A DNA stretch of 64,000 nt from Negaprion brevirostris. Lineage: Eukaryota. Position 1 is the stretch's first letter, and each line of letters starts with the position of its first letter. The notes under the pieces were generated by a model. The model searched no databases and was not told the origin of the DNA. It worked only from the letters and a program-made list of their open reading frames with translations. The stretch is from contig JARDVH010000097.1 of the NCBI GenBank assembly GCA_030324005.1, positions 63,362,674 to 63,426,673 on the forward strand, written 5' to 3'. Below are positions 37,519-49,720 of this stretch, in pieces. The position numbers and the translations under genes are program-made.

Positions 37519-37639
37519 TGTCCTGATGTCAGGATCTCAATCTGACACCGGAGTTAGGAGGTTTAACTCCCTGTGCACACCCAAACCCACCTCCCCTTGC
37601 CTGGGAAAACTCTCCCTTTAAAATTGAGGCTAACCTTCC

Positions 37640-37965
37640 ACTGAGGGAATGCTGCAATGTCTACTCAATGAGGTGTTAAACTGAGACATCATTTGCTCTC
37701 TCTCAGATTGAGGCAAAAGATCCCATGGGCAATATTTTGAAGAAGAGCAGTGGGAGTTAACACTGGTGTCCTGTCCAAAATGTAACACTTGATCAATATT
37801 ATTAAAACAGATTATCTGGTCATTACCACATTGCTGTTGTGGGAGCTGGCTGTGTACTAATTGGCAGTTGCCTTTTGTATAGTGACTACACAACATTCTA
37901 ATAGGCTGTAAAATGCAGTGGGATGCCTGAAATTGTTAAAGGCATTATACAAATGCAAGTTTTAA
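37640..37965 (+). mobile_element. Deu-SINE (SacSINE1-like)
   Basis: aaaagatcccatgg.c.atattttgaagaagagcag…ggtgtcctg…aaacagattatctggtcatta.cacattgctgt…tgtgggagc (Deu domain). Confidence 0.85.
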
Positions 37966-38329
37966 TTATTTTATTATTTGAAGCCCGTGGTTTGCAAATA
38001 CTGATGGGAGCTGAAGAGGATGTCTTTTGCAAATATTCATATTGATGGGCAGGAATGTGGCAGCAACCTTTTATGTTAATGGAGCAGACTTTGTGAAATT
38101 TCAAAACAAGAAGAATGTGGAAATTAACATCCTGGGGCACAGGAAGTCACCATGGCTTGAAATACTTAGGAAAAGAAACCCTAGCCAGTTTTCATCTCCC
38201 TATCCTAAGTACAAAGAACTATTGAAGGAGCCCCACAGTTAAGACATTGCAGTTTGGAAATTGAAAATGCCCCATATGGCTCACTCTAAGTAATTCTCAT
38301 CAAGTAAGATTTACATATTAGGAAGATGA

Positions 38330-38980
38330 CTTGTCCCATCACTGAGACTGTGTATTTCCACCTCTGTAACATTGTCTGACTTTGCCCTTGTCTAAGCTCA
38401 TCTGCTGCTGGCACCCTCATTCGTGCCATCAGAACCTCTATATTCGATTTTTCCAACACAATCCTGGCTGGTCTCTCACATTCCTTGCTGAAATATTGAG
38501 GCTGTCCAAAATTTTACTGCCTATGTCTTAACTTGCAGTAATAAATCCTGTTCCCCTATGCTTGCTGACCTACACTGGCTGCTGGTCAAGCAATGATTTG
38601 ATTTAAAAATTCTCATACTTGTTTTCAAATGCCTCACCCCTCCCTATTACTGTAAGCTCTTCTAGCCTCACAACTCTGAGATATCGGCATTCCTCTCATT
38701 CTAAACTATAGTACACCCCTGATTTTAATTGCCCCTCAACTGGCCTTCTGTTGTCGCAATCACAAGCTCTGGAATATCTTCCTTGCTCCTTTCTGCCTCT
38801 AGACTTCACTTTCCTCCACTAAACACTTCTTAACGTCTGTCTCTTTGACCAAGTTTTTGATTATCTGACCTAATGTCTTATGTAGTTTGGCCACATGGTT
38901 GTTTTATAATGCTCCTATGAAATGCTGTAGGATGTTTCATTACGTAGATGATGCAATAGAAATATACAATGTTGTTCTCA
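38330..38980 (+). mobile_element. L2-like LINE 3' fragment
   Basis: gctcatctgctgctg…cctatgcttgctgacctacactggct…aaaattctcat…ctctttgaccaag; parallels 55340-55860. Confidence 0.75.
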
Positions 38981-39860
38981 ATTTTGTTTTAGGAGAGCGT
39001 ACCTTGGAAACCATTTTCAGAATATAAATTTATATGTCTGAAAACTAAATATTTATGAAACAAATGAAAATTAATGTCTTCAGACATTACATCACACTGG
39101 AAATCGAGACCATAGTTCAGATGTTCATGCTTCCACCCAAGTTTGAATAGAGGGGTTTGAACTGAAAATTGGCATGTGGGACTCTTTTCTGCAATTCCTA
39201 CCACCATTTTGTTGCATGGATTTTTTATGACCTTGAGATAAGGGTGCAAGCAGTGCAACCACACACAACAATCCCACCATTACCTACGTCCTTGCGGGGT
39301 GGAGTAAGCATTTTACATCCATTGCTATTCCATGGATTCAGGCTTGTTTAGGTAGGCAACATGGTTCATTGCATCTCAGAGGAGATGTGAACCAGGGAGA
39401 CAGCCGATTCTGATGTTGGGAACTTTTTGACAGATATGTTTCAAATGGTATTGAGAACTTCATGTGTCATAATGTTAAGGTTTATGATAAATATGTTTTT
39501 AACACAGTTTTGAAAGGGGCAAGTGACCATTAAATTGACCAGCATTGTGAAAGTATTCAGACACATTAGATCACTTTATCTTGTGCAGAATTGAGATTAA
39601 TATTTTAACCTGTCATTTTTTCTGTGAAGCGATCTTTTATTTGATTGACAGGTCAGTCATCTATTCAGCCTTTTGAAGCAATGGAACAGATTTGTTCCAC
39701 TTCTACAAAAGACTTCAATGTATTCAGCTCTAAAGGCTCTGTTGGCTCAGCTGTACTTTGGCATTCTATTCTGATGCATGGTTGAGTTCCAAATCTCTCA
39801 AATCTATCTAGTTCAACATGGGCTGGTGATGTAACTGTCAAGAGGATCGTGAGAATTTTT

Positions 39861-40095
39861 TTGACAATTTCATGAGCAGTTAATAAGATTTTTTAAAAAC
39901 GAAGAAGTGTTTGCATAGTTCTTTGTTTAATTTGACAGTTTCATGAACACATAAGGTATTTAACTTTTTTAGAAGTGGAACTTGAAGGTTTCTGTGTTTG
40001 ACAGTTTTATGAGCAGTTATAAGGATTAAAATTTTTGATGAGATTTTTTAATGGCTGTTTGTTTATTTTGACAGTTCCATAAGCATCTCAAAGAC
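39861..40095. repeat. Degenerate ~70-bp-period repeat, 4 copies of a ~26-bp core
   Basis: ttgacagtttcatgagcagttataagg-like core at 39861, 39932, 39998 and 40068. Confidence 0.8.
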
Positions 40096-41460
40096 TTCCT
40101 TACATATTATAGGGCTCATGAGTTCTGTCCATACTTGATACTGAATGAGTAGATAAGGGAGTATGGAGGAGGCAAGGGGAAATGAATCAGGAAGAGGAGA
40201 TATGAAAGGGGATGGGGTGGATGAAGGGCTCGGAGTATGAGTCATATGTATCTAAAACTCTTTTACAGAACTGGACCAATGTCCCAGTAAGTGGAGTTGT
40301 GCCTTCAAACCTGCCCACCTCAGCATTTGCCCACCTCCATTCCTGCTTCAGGAGGGATGACCCTAATATGGCCTGTCCCCATAACCTCATCATGAAAATA
40401 GCATGGGCACACACCTGCTGGGAAGGGGGCAGGATCATATTGTTGGGAAATCTCCCTGACTTATAAATCTCACCTCAAGAATGAAAATCATGGCCCCACT
40501 GTCATCTTCAGATAAAGAAGATTAGAAGGTGAGGAATAATTGGACCAGAATGTACTACAGTGCCCATTTTAAGACTTGCATTCCAGCCTTATTTTGATAT
40601 ATTTCCTCCATAATAAATTCCTATCCTCACAATTGTAATGGAAACAGCTCATTTAGGCTTCAACAACCTTAACTTTGTGCCACATTGAAGGCCTAAAACA
40701 CAGGAATTAGTACCTGGCCCCATCCCAAGTTGGCTCTGCCCTTGTTTTATTTACTTAAACCTGGTGTTGTCAGACTTCTTAATGGTTTTATTATGACAGC
40801 GGTGATGCTTTGGGTGAAAGAAGACTTTGCAAACCCCAGCCCCAATCAAAAGGTCATTTCAGATTTTTCAACGCAAGACTGGTGCCTACCATCTCCATCA
40901 CACCCAGATCCAAGTCTTGTTCTGAAATGCCCTGACAAACTCCTGCAAAGTTACTTACTAAATATTCAGTATGATTATATTTGACAAAAGTCAAAGTAAA
41001 TTGCAGTTAGTTCTTTCAGTGCAAACAAAAAAAAATAAGATAACTTCTATAGTTTTTGGTTGTGAACCATGCTATTTCATTTATTCTTTGTCTGATTGTC
41101 AAGAATCAACCTTAAAATTGTCACATAAGATTTGAGATGAACCCAATTATAATGTAACATTTAGTTACCACTATAGATGAAGATGGTTGTGTTCAGCCTG
41201 CCAGTACCTGGCTCCAGAATACCTCCATTGCTGTGTGTTGATTTTACTTCTGTGTGAGCCTTGGTGAATGGTACAACCTCGTCATGGTTTTTAGGTTGAA
41301 CCACGCTTTTACTAAGCTTTATTTCACTTCCCTGAAACAATAGTGTTATAATGAAAGTTCTCTTCAGTTGACGAATCTTGCGTTGATGGCAGACATTTTT
41401 CACAGGTAAGTGGGGCAGGGCAGATCTTTGTGCTTTGCCTGCTAATGTGACAGACACAGA

Positions 41461-42198
41461 GGGCTCTATTTTACCATCACATTGCACCCCTTTCCAGGCG
41501 CAAAAACTTTGTGAAGTCAGGCATGAGGCGAGTAGTGCAATCCTCACCCGTTGCCCCTTTACCAATGACTGAAAATGGCCACCGTTGGGACCAAGACTGA
41601 AATGGGCACGACATCAATTTGCATGCATTTAAATTGTCTTAATGGGCTGCACACTTACCAGCACTGCCCCCTTTACCACCGCATTTGCGCGTCCAGATTC
41701 AGCGCAAAACAAACATGGAGCGCAAAGGTCCGATTCAGGCACTCCAGCTTCTGAGGAGGTAAGTTCAGAGCTTCCCCCCAGTGGCTCTCTGACTCAGAGG
41801 GGGCGGNNNNNNNNNNNNNNNNNNNNNNNNNNNNNNNNNNNNNNNNNNNNNNNNNNNNNNNNNNNNNNNNNNNNNNNNNNNNNNNNNNNNNNNNNNNNNN
41901 NNNNNNGTGGGGGGGGGGCAATGTCTGTAAAGGCTGGAGGAGGCATTATCCGGCTCAGGATGAATATGGCAGGGGAGCGTTTTTCAACTTTTTCTACTGT
42001 GCATTTGAAGACTCCGATCAGAGCTGCAGTGTTTTGGGTTTGTTAAGCCCCGCCCACAGGCTTGTGCAGCGCAATTCAGAAACACTGCTAATTTTTCAGG
42101 CAGTGTTTATGGAGGTGCCTGAGAACGGGTCTAAAAGTTGGATCTGAAGCACTCCCAGTCGTCCCAGCACTTAGAATTAAAATGGTAAAGTAAAGCCC
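41461..42198. mobile_element. Non-autonomous TIR DNA transposon; copy 2 of the family at 3382
   Basis: gggctctattttaccat…atggtaaagtaaagccc; shares ctccagcttctgag.aggtaagttcagagcttc and cccagcacttagaattaaaatg with 3382-4163. Confidence 0.8.
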
Positions 42199-42774
42199 AG
42201 AGGATTTAGGGAATCATCAACAGATCTTCCATGGGGCCTCGTGGAGTATGAATTCTCCTATTGAGTGGACAGAGACTCACCCAATGAAAAAGAACAGTGG
42301 GAATTTAGAACCAGCTGTCGCTACCTGAACCAAGTACTGTGGATCATGGGAGTTTGGCCCATGTACTATAGCCATTGAAGCTTTATTCACTGTGTAAATG
42401 AAGAGTGTTGGTGATGGAAGACTAGCCTTGGTAAGGTTATTACACTTGCAAAGCAACTGAGCTTTGGGACAAGAAGAGGCTGTTTGGAACTAACACAGTC
42501 AGTGTGGACAGGACTGCTTTCTGCATTTAGGAGATTTCCTCATTATAGTCAGGAATGAATTACATTCCACATGCCATTCTGCTTTATAAAACATGTTGCC
42601 GACAACATATTATATATTACACTATATTAGGAGGTTAATGTGGGGACATCTAGCCTTGTGTAGCTGAGAGTTGCATACATGTTTCAGATGTGGTGAGGAG
42701 GTACAAAATAACATCAGATCCGTTTATATGAACATCAAGCTCCTTATGTTAAAAAAAAGTAAAACTACATCAGG

Positions 42775-43037
42775 CAGTCCCCCACCCTCCTGTTCCTCAT
42801 TTTGCCCTCCGCATCCCCAATGCCTCACATTCATTTCCACATTATTTTCTTTTCCCTCTGGCCTCTCTCCTTTTTTATCCTTTATTATCCCTCATCCCCA
42901 CCCATCCCCTCCTCTTTCTGATCATTTTTCTCTTTCAATGTTCCTCTTGATCTTTCCTGAATCTCTCACTCTCTCTTTTCCTCCCTTCCATGCATCTCTC
43001 TGACTCCCTGTCCCTCTTTCTCCTCTCAATCTTTCTC
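42775..43037 (+). repeat. CT-rich low-complexity polypyrimidine tract
   Basis: ~260 bp that is almost entirely C/T. Confidence 0.8.
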
Positions 43038-45364
43038 CTCTACCCCCTCTCCTTCAGGCAGACAACTATTCCCATCCAACACAGTCTACCTGGAAACAAA
43101 TGCAGTCTCATCAGGATCGTGTATTCTGTCAACTTCACATTTGCAGTCACTTTGCAAAGAGCATGACATTTCTCTAAATAACTTCACTTTGAAGATAAGA
43201 ACTCTTATTCCCTTTAATTACCGAGGTGTAGCAATTTGGAGCTGCAAGATCCTGGCATTTAGATTTAATTCTACGGTAGCGTGCAAAATAACACTCAATT
43301 TAAGCTGAATTAGAGGCTGCGTTTTTGATTACTGAGAGATGTTTGTTGTGTTTACCTTTGGTGCTAACTGTCAAAATGGATGGAGCCTCTGAGTTTGGGA
43401 ATATCTTTGGAAAAAATGGCTTCTGTCTCCATCTAGAAGTTAACCAAAATTGCAGTGTCCAGTTGTCGTCTTTAGATTGTAAGTTGAATTGTGATGACAT
43501 GAGAGAAAAAGGCTCTTTTAATTAAAGACACTGCAATTTTTTGAGCTGTTGACACAAGGGCTTCAAACTTTACCAAAGAAGACCTATAGCATTTGAAGTC
43601 ACATCTGTAATTCAGCAGTCAGTAATTTATCAATAATGAAGAGTTAATATAACTGTGGATGTAAATTAATTGTTAAAAACTTTATTTGATGAATAGAAAT
43701 GGATTTACGGATGGTAAAGAGACAATGTCGCTATGGTACAGTGACATTACAAAATAGTAATTAGGATCTTGTACAAACAAATTGCAGGTACAAAATCTCA
43801 AATCTGGCTATCTGAAAAATTGACTTTTGTTTTAAACGAGCTATGCAAAAAATTTAACTGCTATTCATTTTTTAAATTTATTCTTGTCTCAGAGTTACTA
43901 AGCCAAATGTGCAAGTTTGGGTTAAGCTCCTAATCAATCTCCTTGTCTGCTGCAAAAAATCAGTTCAGTTTGCTTCATGGTCCCTAGACAAGGGACTTAC
44001 CAGTTCCAAGCTGGAAACAACAGGTATTATACCTGATCACCAAAGACCAAGATGTGCTAGTAAATTAGAGAATCAATTTGCTGTTCGAGGGTTTGTTCGA
44101 GGGTTGCTGCATCTGCATGGTGGTATACTGAATATTTATCCATTCGTGTGCCTGGCATTTCCTGCATTCTGAGTGGTCAGAACCCACCCAACCCAGCTCA
44201 GAAAAAATCAGGGGGTGACACTTGTGCTTCAGTGATCCAAAGTGAACACGGATTTTAAGTTGTAGATTTGCCAAAGCACTATCCAACTTCATTTTGGCTG
44301 CGTTAGACGAAGACTTGATCGCTATCTATCTTTATCTAATTACACTACAGATACTGGGAAATACCTCGGGGCCTTTATCTGAAAACCAGCAAGATCCAAA
44401 ATCTGGCACGGAGTCGGTCCTAAGATTGTCAGTTTTGAGGCAATCTATCTGTATATTTAAATAAAGCCTCTTGTAGATCTCAAACACTTTCTAAGAATGT
44501 AGTTACTCTTCTCAAAGTGAACTAGACATGTCACATTGTCCAATTTCTGTGCTTTTACAGAATCCAGTAGTTTGGAAGAGGATAATATAGTTCCCAGTCC
44601 TGGGTACAAACACTAAAGTGATGTGCCAGTACTTTGTACAGTAGTGAGAGAATTGGCAGGCTGAGCCCCAGCAGTTAAAATAATATGTTATACAGTCTGC
44701 TATCTGAGATTCTTGTTTAATTATATTCAACAATGTTGATGCTGTTCTTCCCCAGTCGTAATCCAAGTTTATGCACCAATTCTGTGAACTGGTAATGAAG
44801 ACAATGATTGCATGATACAGATTCTTTCAAGTTAACATGTTTTGTTGACAGCTGTTATGTAGTCATAGCTTCATTTATTTTTCTTCTACAGATTAGAATG
44901 GTTTAAGAAGCTTTGCTTGAGTTAGGTGATCTGTAAAGAATAATTTGTGTAAAATAATGATAGAAAACGTACAAGTAACAACCAGAAGCCACATCTGGGA
45001 GGAAAATAAGAACAAAAATGGAGATTTTTTTCAGCCATTTAACCCATGACGTAAAACTTCTAAATTTGTGGACTTGGATTGGAACGAGATGTTCATGAAG
45101 GACTTTGTTGCTCAGTTTAAACTTTATATTCCAACTAATCGGATGTGGAGAAAGGCAAATCATCACCTTTCACCACATTGTTCAGTGCAGAATCAGTAGT
45201 GAAAAACCCAGCTGGGAATAGTATTATGTGAATGAAAACGCCACAGCAAATAGAAATGCACCATGGGAAGCAAAGAAAGAAAAACTTACATTTATGTAGC
45301 AACTTTCACAACCTCAGCACATACCAAGGCACTTTACAGCCGATGTGGCATTTCTGAATTGTAG

Positions 45365-46619
45365 GGCCCAATTTTAACACTCTGCTTCCAGAAAAAAAAC
45401 AGTTTGGGTCAGTATTCTTGGCTGCGATTCTCCTGAAAGCGCTGAATTGGCAGGAAAACAGTTCTAGATCCCGACTGTTTTGTCAGTTCAGCTTCTCACC
45501 CAAATCTCCACACCCCATGCACTGCAGCGGTCCCAGTCGTGGATATCATTCAAACCCAGGGAGGCAGGACCTATTCATGCTGGAGTTTGACAGTTCTGGA
45601 ACTCTGCGAATCCGCAGTGGTCCCAATCTGTTAGACTTCCCGTTTGCTGGCTAGCTCGACCGCTAGCCAGCCCGGGACCTCCGCAGTGCCGCCCCTCCAT
45701 TCTCCCCCCTAACCCCAGACAGCCCGATCATGGCCCCCACAACAATTCCCGGGCCAGCCCTGACTCACCCCCATCTCATAGCACCCCAAAATACAGCCCC
45801 CCCANNNNNNNNNNNNNNNNNNNNNNNNNNNNNNNNNNNNNNNNNNNNNNNNNNNNNNNNNNNNNNNNNNNNNNNNNNNNNNNNNNNNNNNNNNNNNNNN
45901 NNNNNNNNNNNNNNNNNNNNNNNNNNNNNNNNNNNNNNNNNNNNNNNNNNNNNNNNNNNNNNNNNNNNNNNNNNNNNNNNNNNNNNNNNNNNNNNNNNNN
46001 NNNNNNNNNNNNNNNNCGGCAATGTCGAGGGGCAGTGCAAAGGTGCCCCCTGGGCATGGGAACTTTATCCCTTGGGTAGTGCCAGGGGCATAGGCTGGCA
46101 CTGCCAGGATGCCCATGCCTGGGGGCACCACCCCCCATCCATCCAACCCCCTGGGGAGGCCCCAATTGCCCTCTCCTTCATTCCAGAGGGTTGTCCTGCT
46201 AGTTCCCCAAATGTGGGGAGCTAGTCTAAACACTGCCGGAATGAAGTATTACTGGCAGGGTGTGAGATTCAAACAGGACCAGAAAGTTCCCGATAATTAG
46301 ATTTAAGATACATTTAAAATATATTTTAAAAGATTCAAATGACTTACCAGCCTTCCCGCTGTTTCCGGCTTGGTCTGACCGGTGACTGGAGATGTGCAAA
46401 TCGGGGACTAATGCCGGCGACGCATAACTCCCACTGCAACCTGACAGAAAAGTTGTGGGTCGCAGTGGGAGAATCGCGGCACTTATTTCCCAGTTTTACT
46501 GGTGTTCCATTTTAAAGTATAAAAGACCAGTTCAGGTCTGTATTCTTGTTTCCCCGTTTAACATCTTTTCCTTTTGGGTAACCGCTACTGCACTAGCTTT
46601 GAATGGTTAAAATTGGGCC
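45365..46619. mobile_element. MITE with perfect 14-bp TIR, itself interrupted
   Basis: ggcccaattttaac at 45365 and gttaaaattgggcc ending at 46619. Confidence 0.85.
45420..46481. mobile_element. Non-autonomous TIR element (~1 kb including gap), innermost insertion
   Basis: gctgcgattctcc / ggagaatcgcggc (12/13 match), ctt on both flanks, GC- and CpG-rich interior. Confidence 0.8.
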
Positions 46620-49504
46620 TATGTCACTGTTGTAGATGTAGAGAATGTGGAAGTGATCTGAACACAACAAAGTCTCAGAAGCAGCAATGTGAGGATGATC
46701 AGATCATTTTTTTTTTATTGCAGTTGGTTGAGGGATAACCATCAGCCAGGACACCAGAGAGAACTCCTTTCCTCTTACTTGAAATTTGTGTTTCTACATC
46801 CACCTGAGAAGGCCAATATGACTTTGATTTCCACAAACAGCATGTCTAATGATGCAGCATCTCCTTTGGTATCATACTGGAATGTCAGTGTAGATTATGC
46901 GCTGTAATTGAGCCCATAACCTTCTGACTCAGAGGTGTGAGTGCTGCTACAGAGCTCTGGCTGACATGAAGAAAGACAGAGAATAAACCTTATGACCATG
47001 TAAATAATTGAGATAAAGGAGAAAGGCTTTGAGAACAGAGGGAAGAAAAGTAAAGTATTTGCATCTTATTAAGTATAATATATGTAGAATTACAATAATA
47101 ACATAATTTGCTCATTTCTTCCCTTTTTTTCAAAAGTTACATTGATGTAGGCGTAAGACTAATGAGAATTAAAATGTTTAAAGCAGAACAACAACAACTC
47201 TGTAGAAATCAATAGCCACCAAAGTGCAGACACGACAGTCTACAGATTCAATATATTTTTTAAATGATCGAAAGTCAAATTGTACTGAACAGCATACAAT
47301 GGATCATCATTCTTGCATTCTCCAATTACTAAAATTATTGAAGAAAAATCCTAGGAAGTGCAGCCAATGCTTAAAATGACTTTTGATGCAGGAAAACCTG
47401 ACAGGATTGTACCTATTGTAAATGTACGAAACAACATGGGAAGCCAGGTAAGTTGTAATGCTGGCTGATCAAAGAAATATCAGTGCAACATGTAGTACTC
47501 CTCCTTATGTCAGTCACTTTATATTAATGCATTACATTTGCTGTTTTATAATGATGGATGAAATTCTGTTGTATTTTACCCACAGAAAGACCACAAACGT
47601 GGGAAGTGAACTCAACCACAGGTACTCACCACAGGAGTTTGGCTAGTCATATATGATGATAACAATCTTATTTTTCAGCAATTACAGCAATCTGAATTAG
47701 ACAATTTTGCTTTTTGTAACAGCTGCAATTGTGTTTACCTGAATACAAAAATAAACACTTATTTTACTGTTTGGAAAGCATACAAGTGCTGAAATCTCTG
47801 TATCTCCATCAAATTTGGCTTCTGACTATTTAACAAATGAACCAGTCCAGGATTTGCTCCTCTGCCAGAAAGATTTTCATCTCATTAATGTTTTGCATCA
47901 ATGTAGAATGGCAAAGACAAATGAAGAGCTTTGTGTAGTATTAAATCACTCTTGTTTCGATTTGCTTTGATTTTTTTGTTAGCTTGTGACAATTTAATAT
48001 AAAGACATTTTCATACAATATTTTGGATACGTGCATTTGGCAACAGCTATTTGAATATGTTGTATGGGAGCAGCACAATATTTGTGCAAGTACAATCAAA
48101 TACTTGTATCAAGGGCTTTGCTTAAAGGCAATGGTGACTACTAACAAAGTATTGTATTAGAATCCTCAAACATACAAAATTTAGGCTGCTTTCCTTTTAA
48201 AGTCTGTAGAAATGCCCTACCCTGTGCAAATTTTATGTTTCTTAATTGACCTCCTGGGCAATATGCCAACTGTGTCCAATAAAATCCCAAAGCAACCATG
48301 ATAACAGAGGTTTCAAAAATCAACAAGGATTCCCTGTGAAGGAATCAGCCTTCACGTGCCAGATTAGACAAATTCTCAAGTTACTGAGGATAGGAGACCC
48401 AATGGCTTCCCTCAGCTGGTTGGTGAAGTTGTTTACTAAGCTGTGGATGCTGTGGCATGCAAACAGCTACTTGGAGCCATGGGTGAAGGTGACGACCAAT
48501 ACTGGATGAGCCAGTTCGGAGTGCAACAAGCCTGCCTGGGAGGGGCTACCCTCTTGCACCCCTTATACCCTGTTAACAGCAATAGAAATACAAAATATGG
48601 GGTTGATTTTCAACTTACCACTTAAGCATGAAACTGGTGTTGCAGACTGGCCGTTTGTTGATTGAAAGTACGTAATTTTCATTTTCAGTTCAAATCAATT
48701 GAAATGGGAATTGGTTTGTCTCTCTAACAGGCAGCTGATCTATAACAGAGCTTCATGCTTGAGCAGCAAATTAAAAATCTGTTGCGTATTCTTTAACATG
48801 AGGAAAAGGAAATATGATTGCAGGATTATTGTGTGTACAATGATCGTTGTTCACAAGTTTTCTGCTTGAACCAAAGCAAAATGGAACGGGCAGTAAATGC
48901 TGTTTTTTCTGATAATGCCACATCTAATCAATAAATGTATAAAAAATGAATTTGGTACACATTTTAACGTTCCACTAATAAATAGATGTACTATACAACT
49001 TTATTTTGTAATGACACAGCAGTCAACCCATTGCTGGCAATGGTTTTTGTTCCTTCTAAGACAGTAGCGTTCAAATGCTGCTGTGAACCATGCTGCTGAG
49101 TACCCTTCCAAGGATCAAAGGCAAAACTTCCAAGATAACAAAATCCATTGGCTCCCAGAAACAAAGAAGCAAAATCCCCAGTGAATTAATCCAATGTTTT
49201 TTAAACCTGTGCTCAGCCAACACACCCATTGGTCCAGCAGTCCTGTAAAATCGCCTCATATCGATGTTTAGTCACATTCCCTTCAATCCCATTCTTAAAC
49301 AAAGAGCAGCCCAGTTCCTTTTTAAAGAAGTCAGATGTCACAGTATTAACTATCTATGATTTGCTCTTCATGCTTATTATATATGCATTTTCAGTAGTTA
49401 AAGAAAAGCGTGGACTGTGGCACCTTTTCTTTAAGGAAAACAAGTTCAGCCAGATACAGCAAGTATCAGTGGAAGTGGCAATCATCCCTTCTGGTTCCAC
49501 CCCC

Positions 49505-49720
49505 TCAGTTGGCCACAAAAGATCCTATCATACTATTTAAAAAAGAGCAGCATTGTCCTGGTACCCTTATCAGTTCAACTCGTATCAGATCAAGTCATAT
49601 ACCTCACTGTTGTTTGTGAGATACGACTGTCTGAAAATTGTGTGCCAAGTTTCCATTTCATTACAACAGTGGCAGCATTTTCAAAAAATCAACTTCATTG
49701 GCTGTGAACGTCATGACTGT
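49505..49720 (+). mobile_element. Deu-SINE fragment, old
   Basis: aaaagatcc…actattt.aaaaagagcag…gtcctgg…cattacaacagtg…acttcattggctgt. Confidence 0.6.

Larger units (their letters stand above)
45272..46965 (-). mobile_element. Deu-SINE (SacSINE1-like) split by nested TIR elements
   Basis: 3' part 45272-45364 (cttacatttatgtagc…gcactttacagcc…tgtag) continues at 46620 (gtcactgttgt…ttggttgagggata…ccaggacacc…aaccttctgactcagagg). Confidence 0.85.

Noticed and set aside
39861-40095. CRISPR array interpretation of the repeat-spacer pattern
   Set aside because: Vertebrate context, no cas genes, degenerate repeats, and linkers that partly resemble each other
43038-43310. Exon after the long polypyrimidine tract (…ccttcag|gcagac…)
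   Set aside because: The tract is low-complexity sequence; no recognisable peptide and no clear donor
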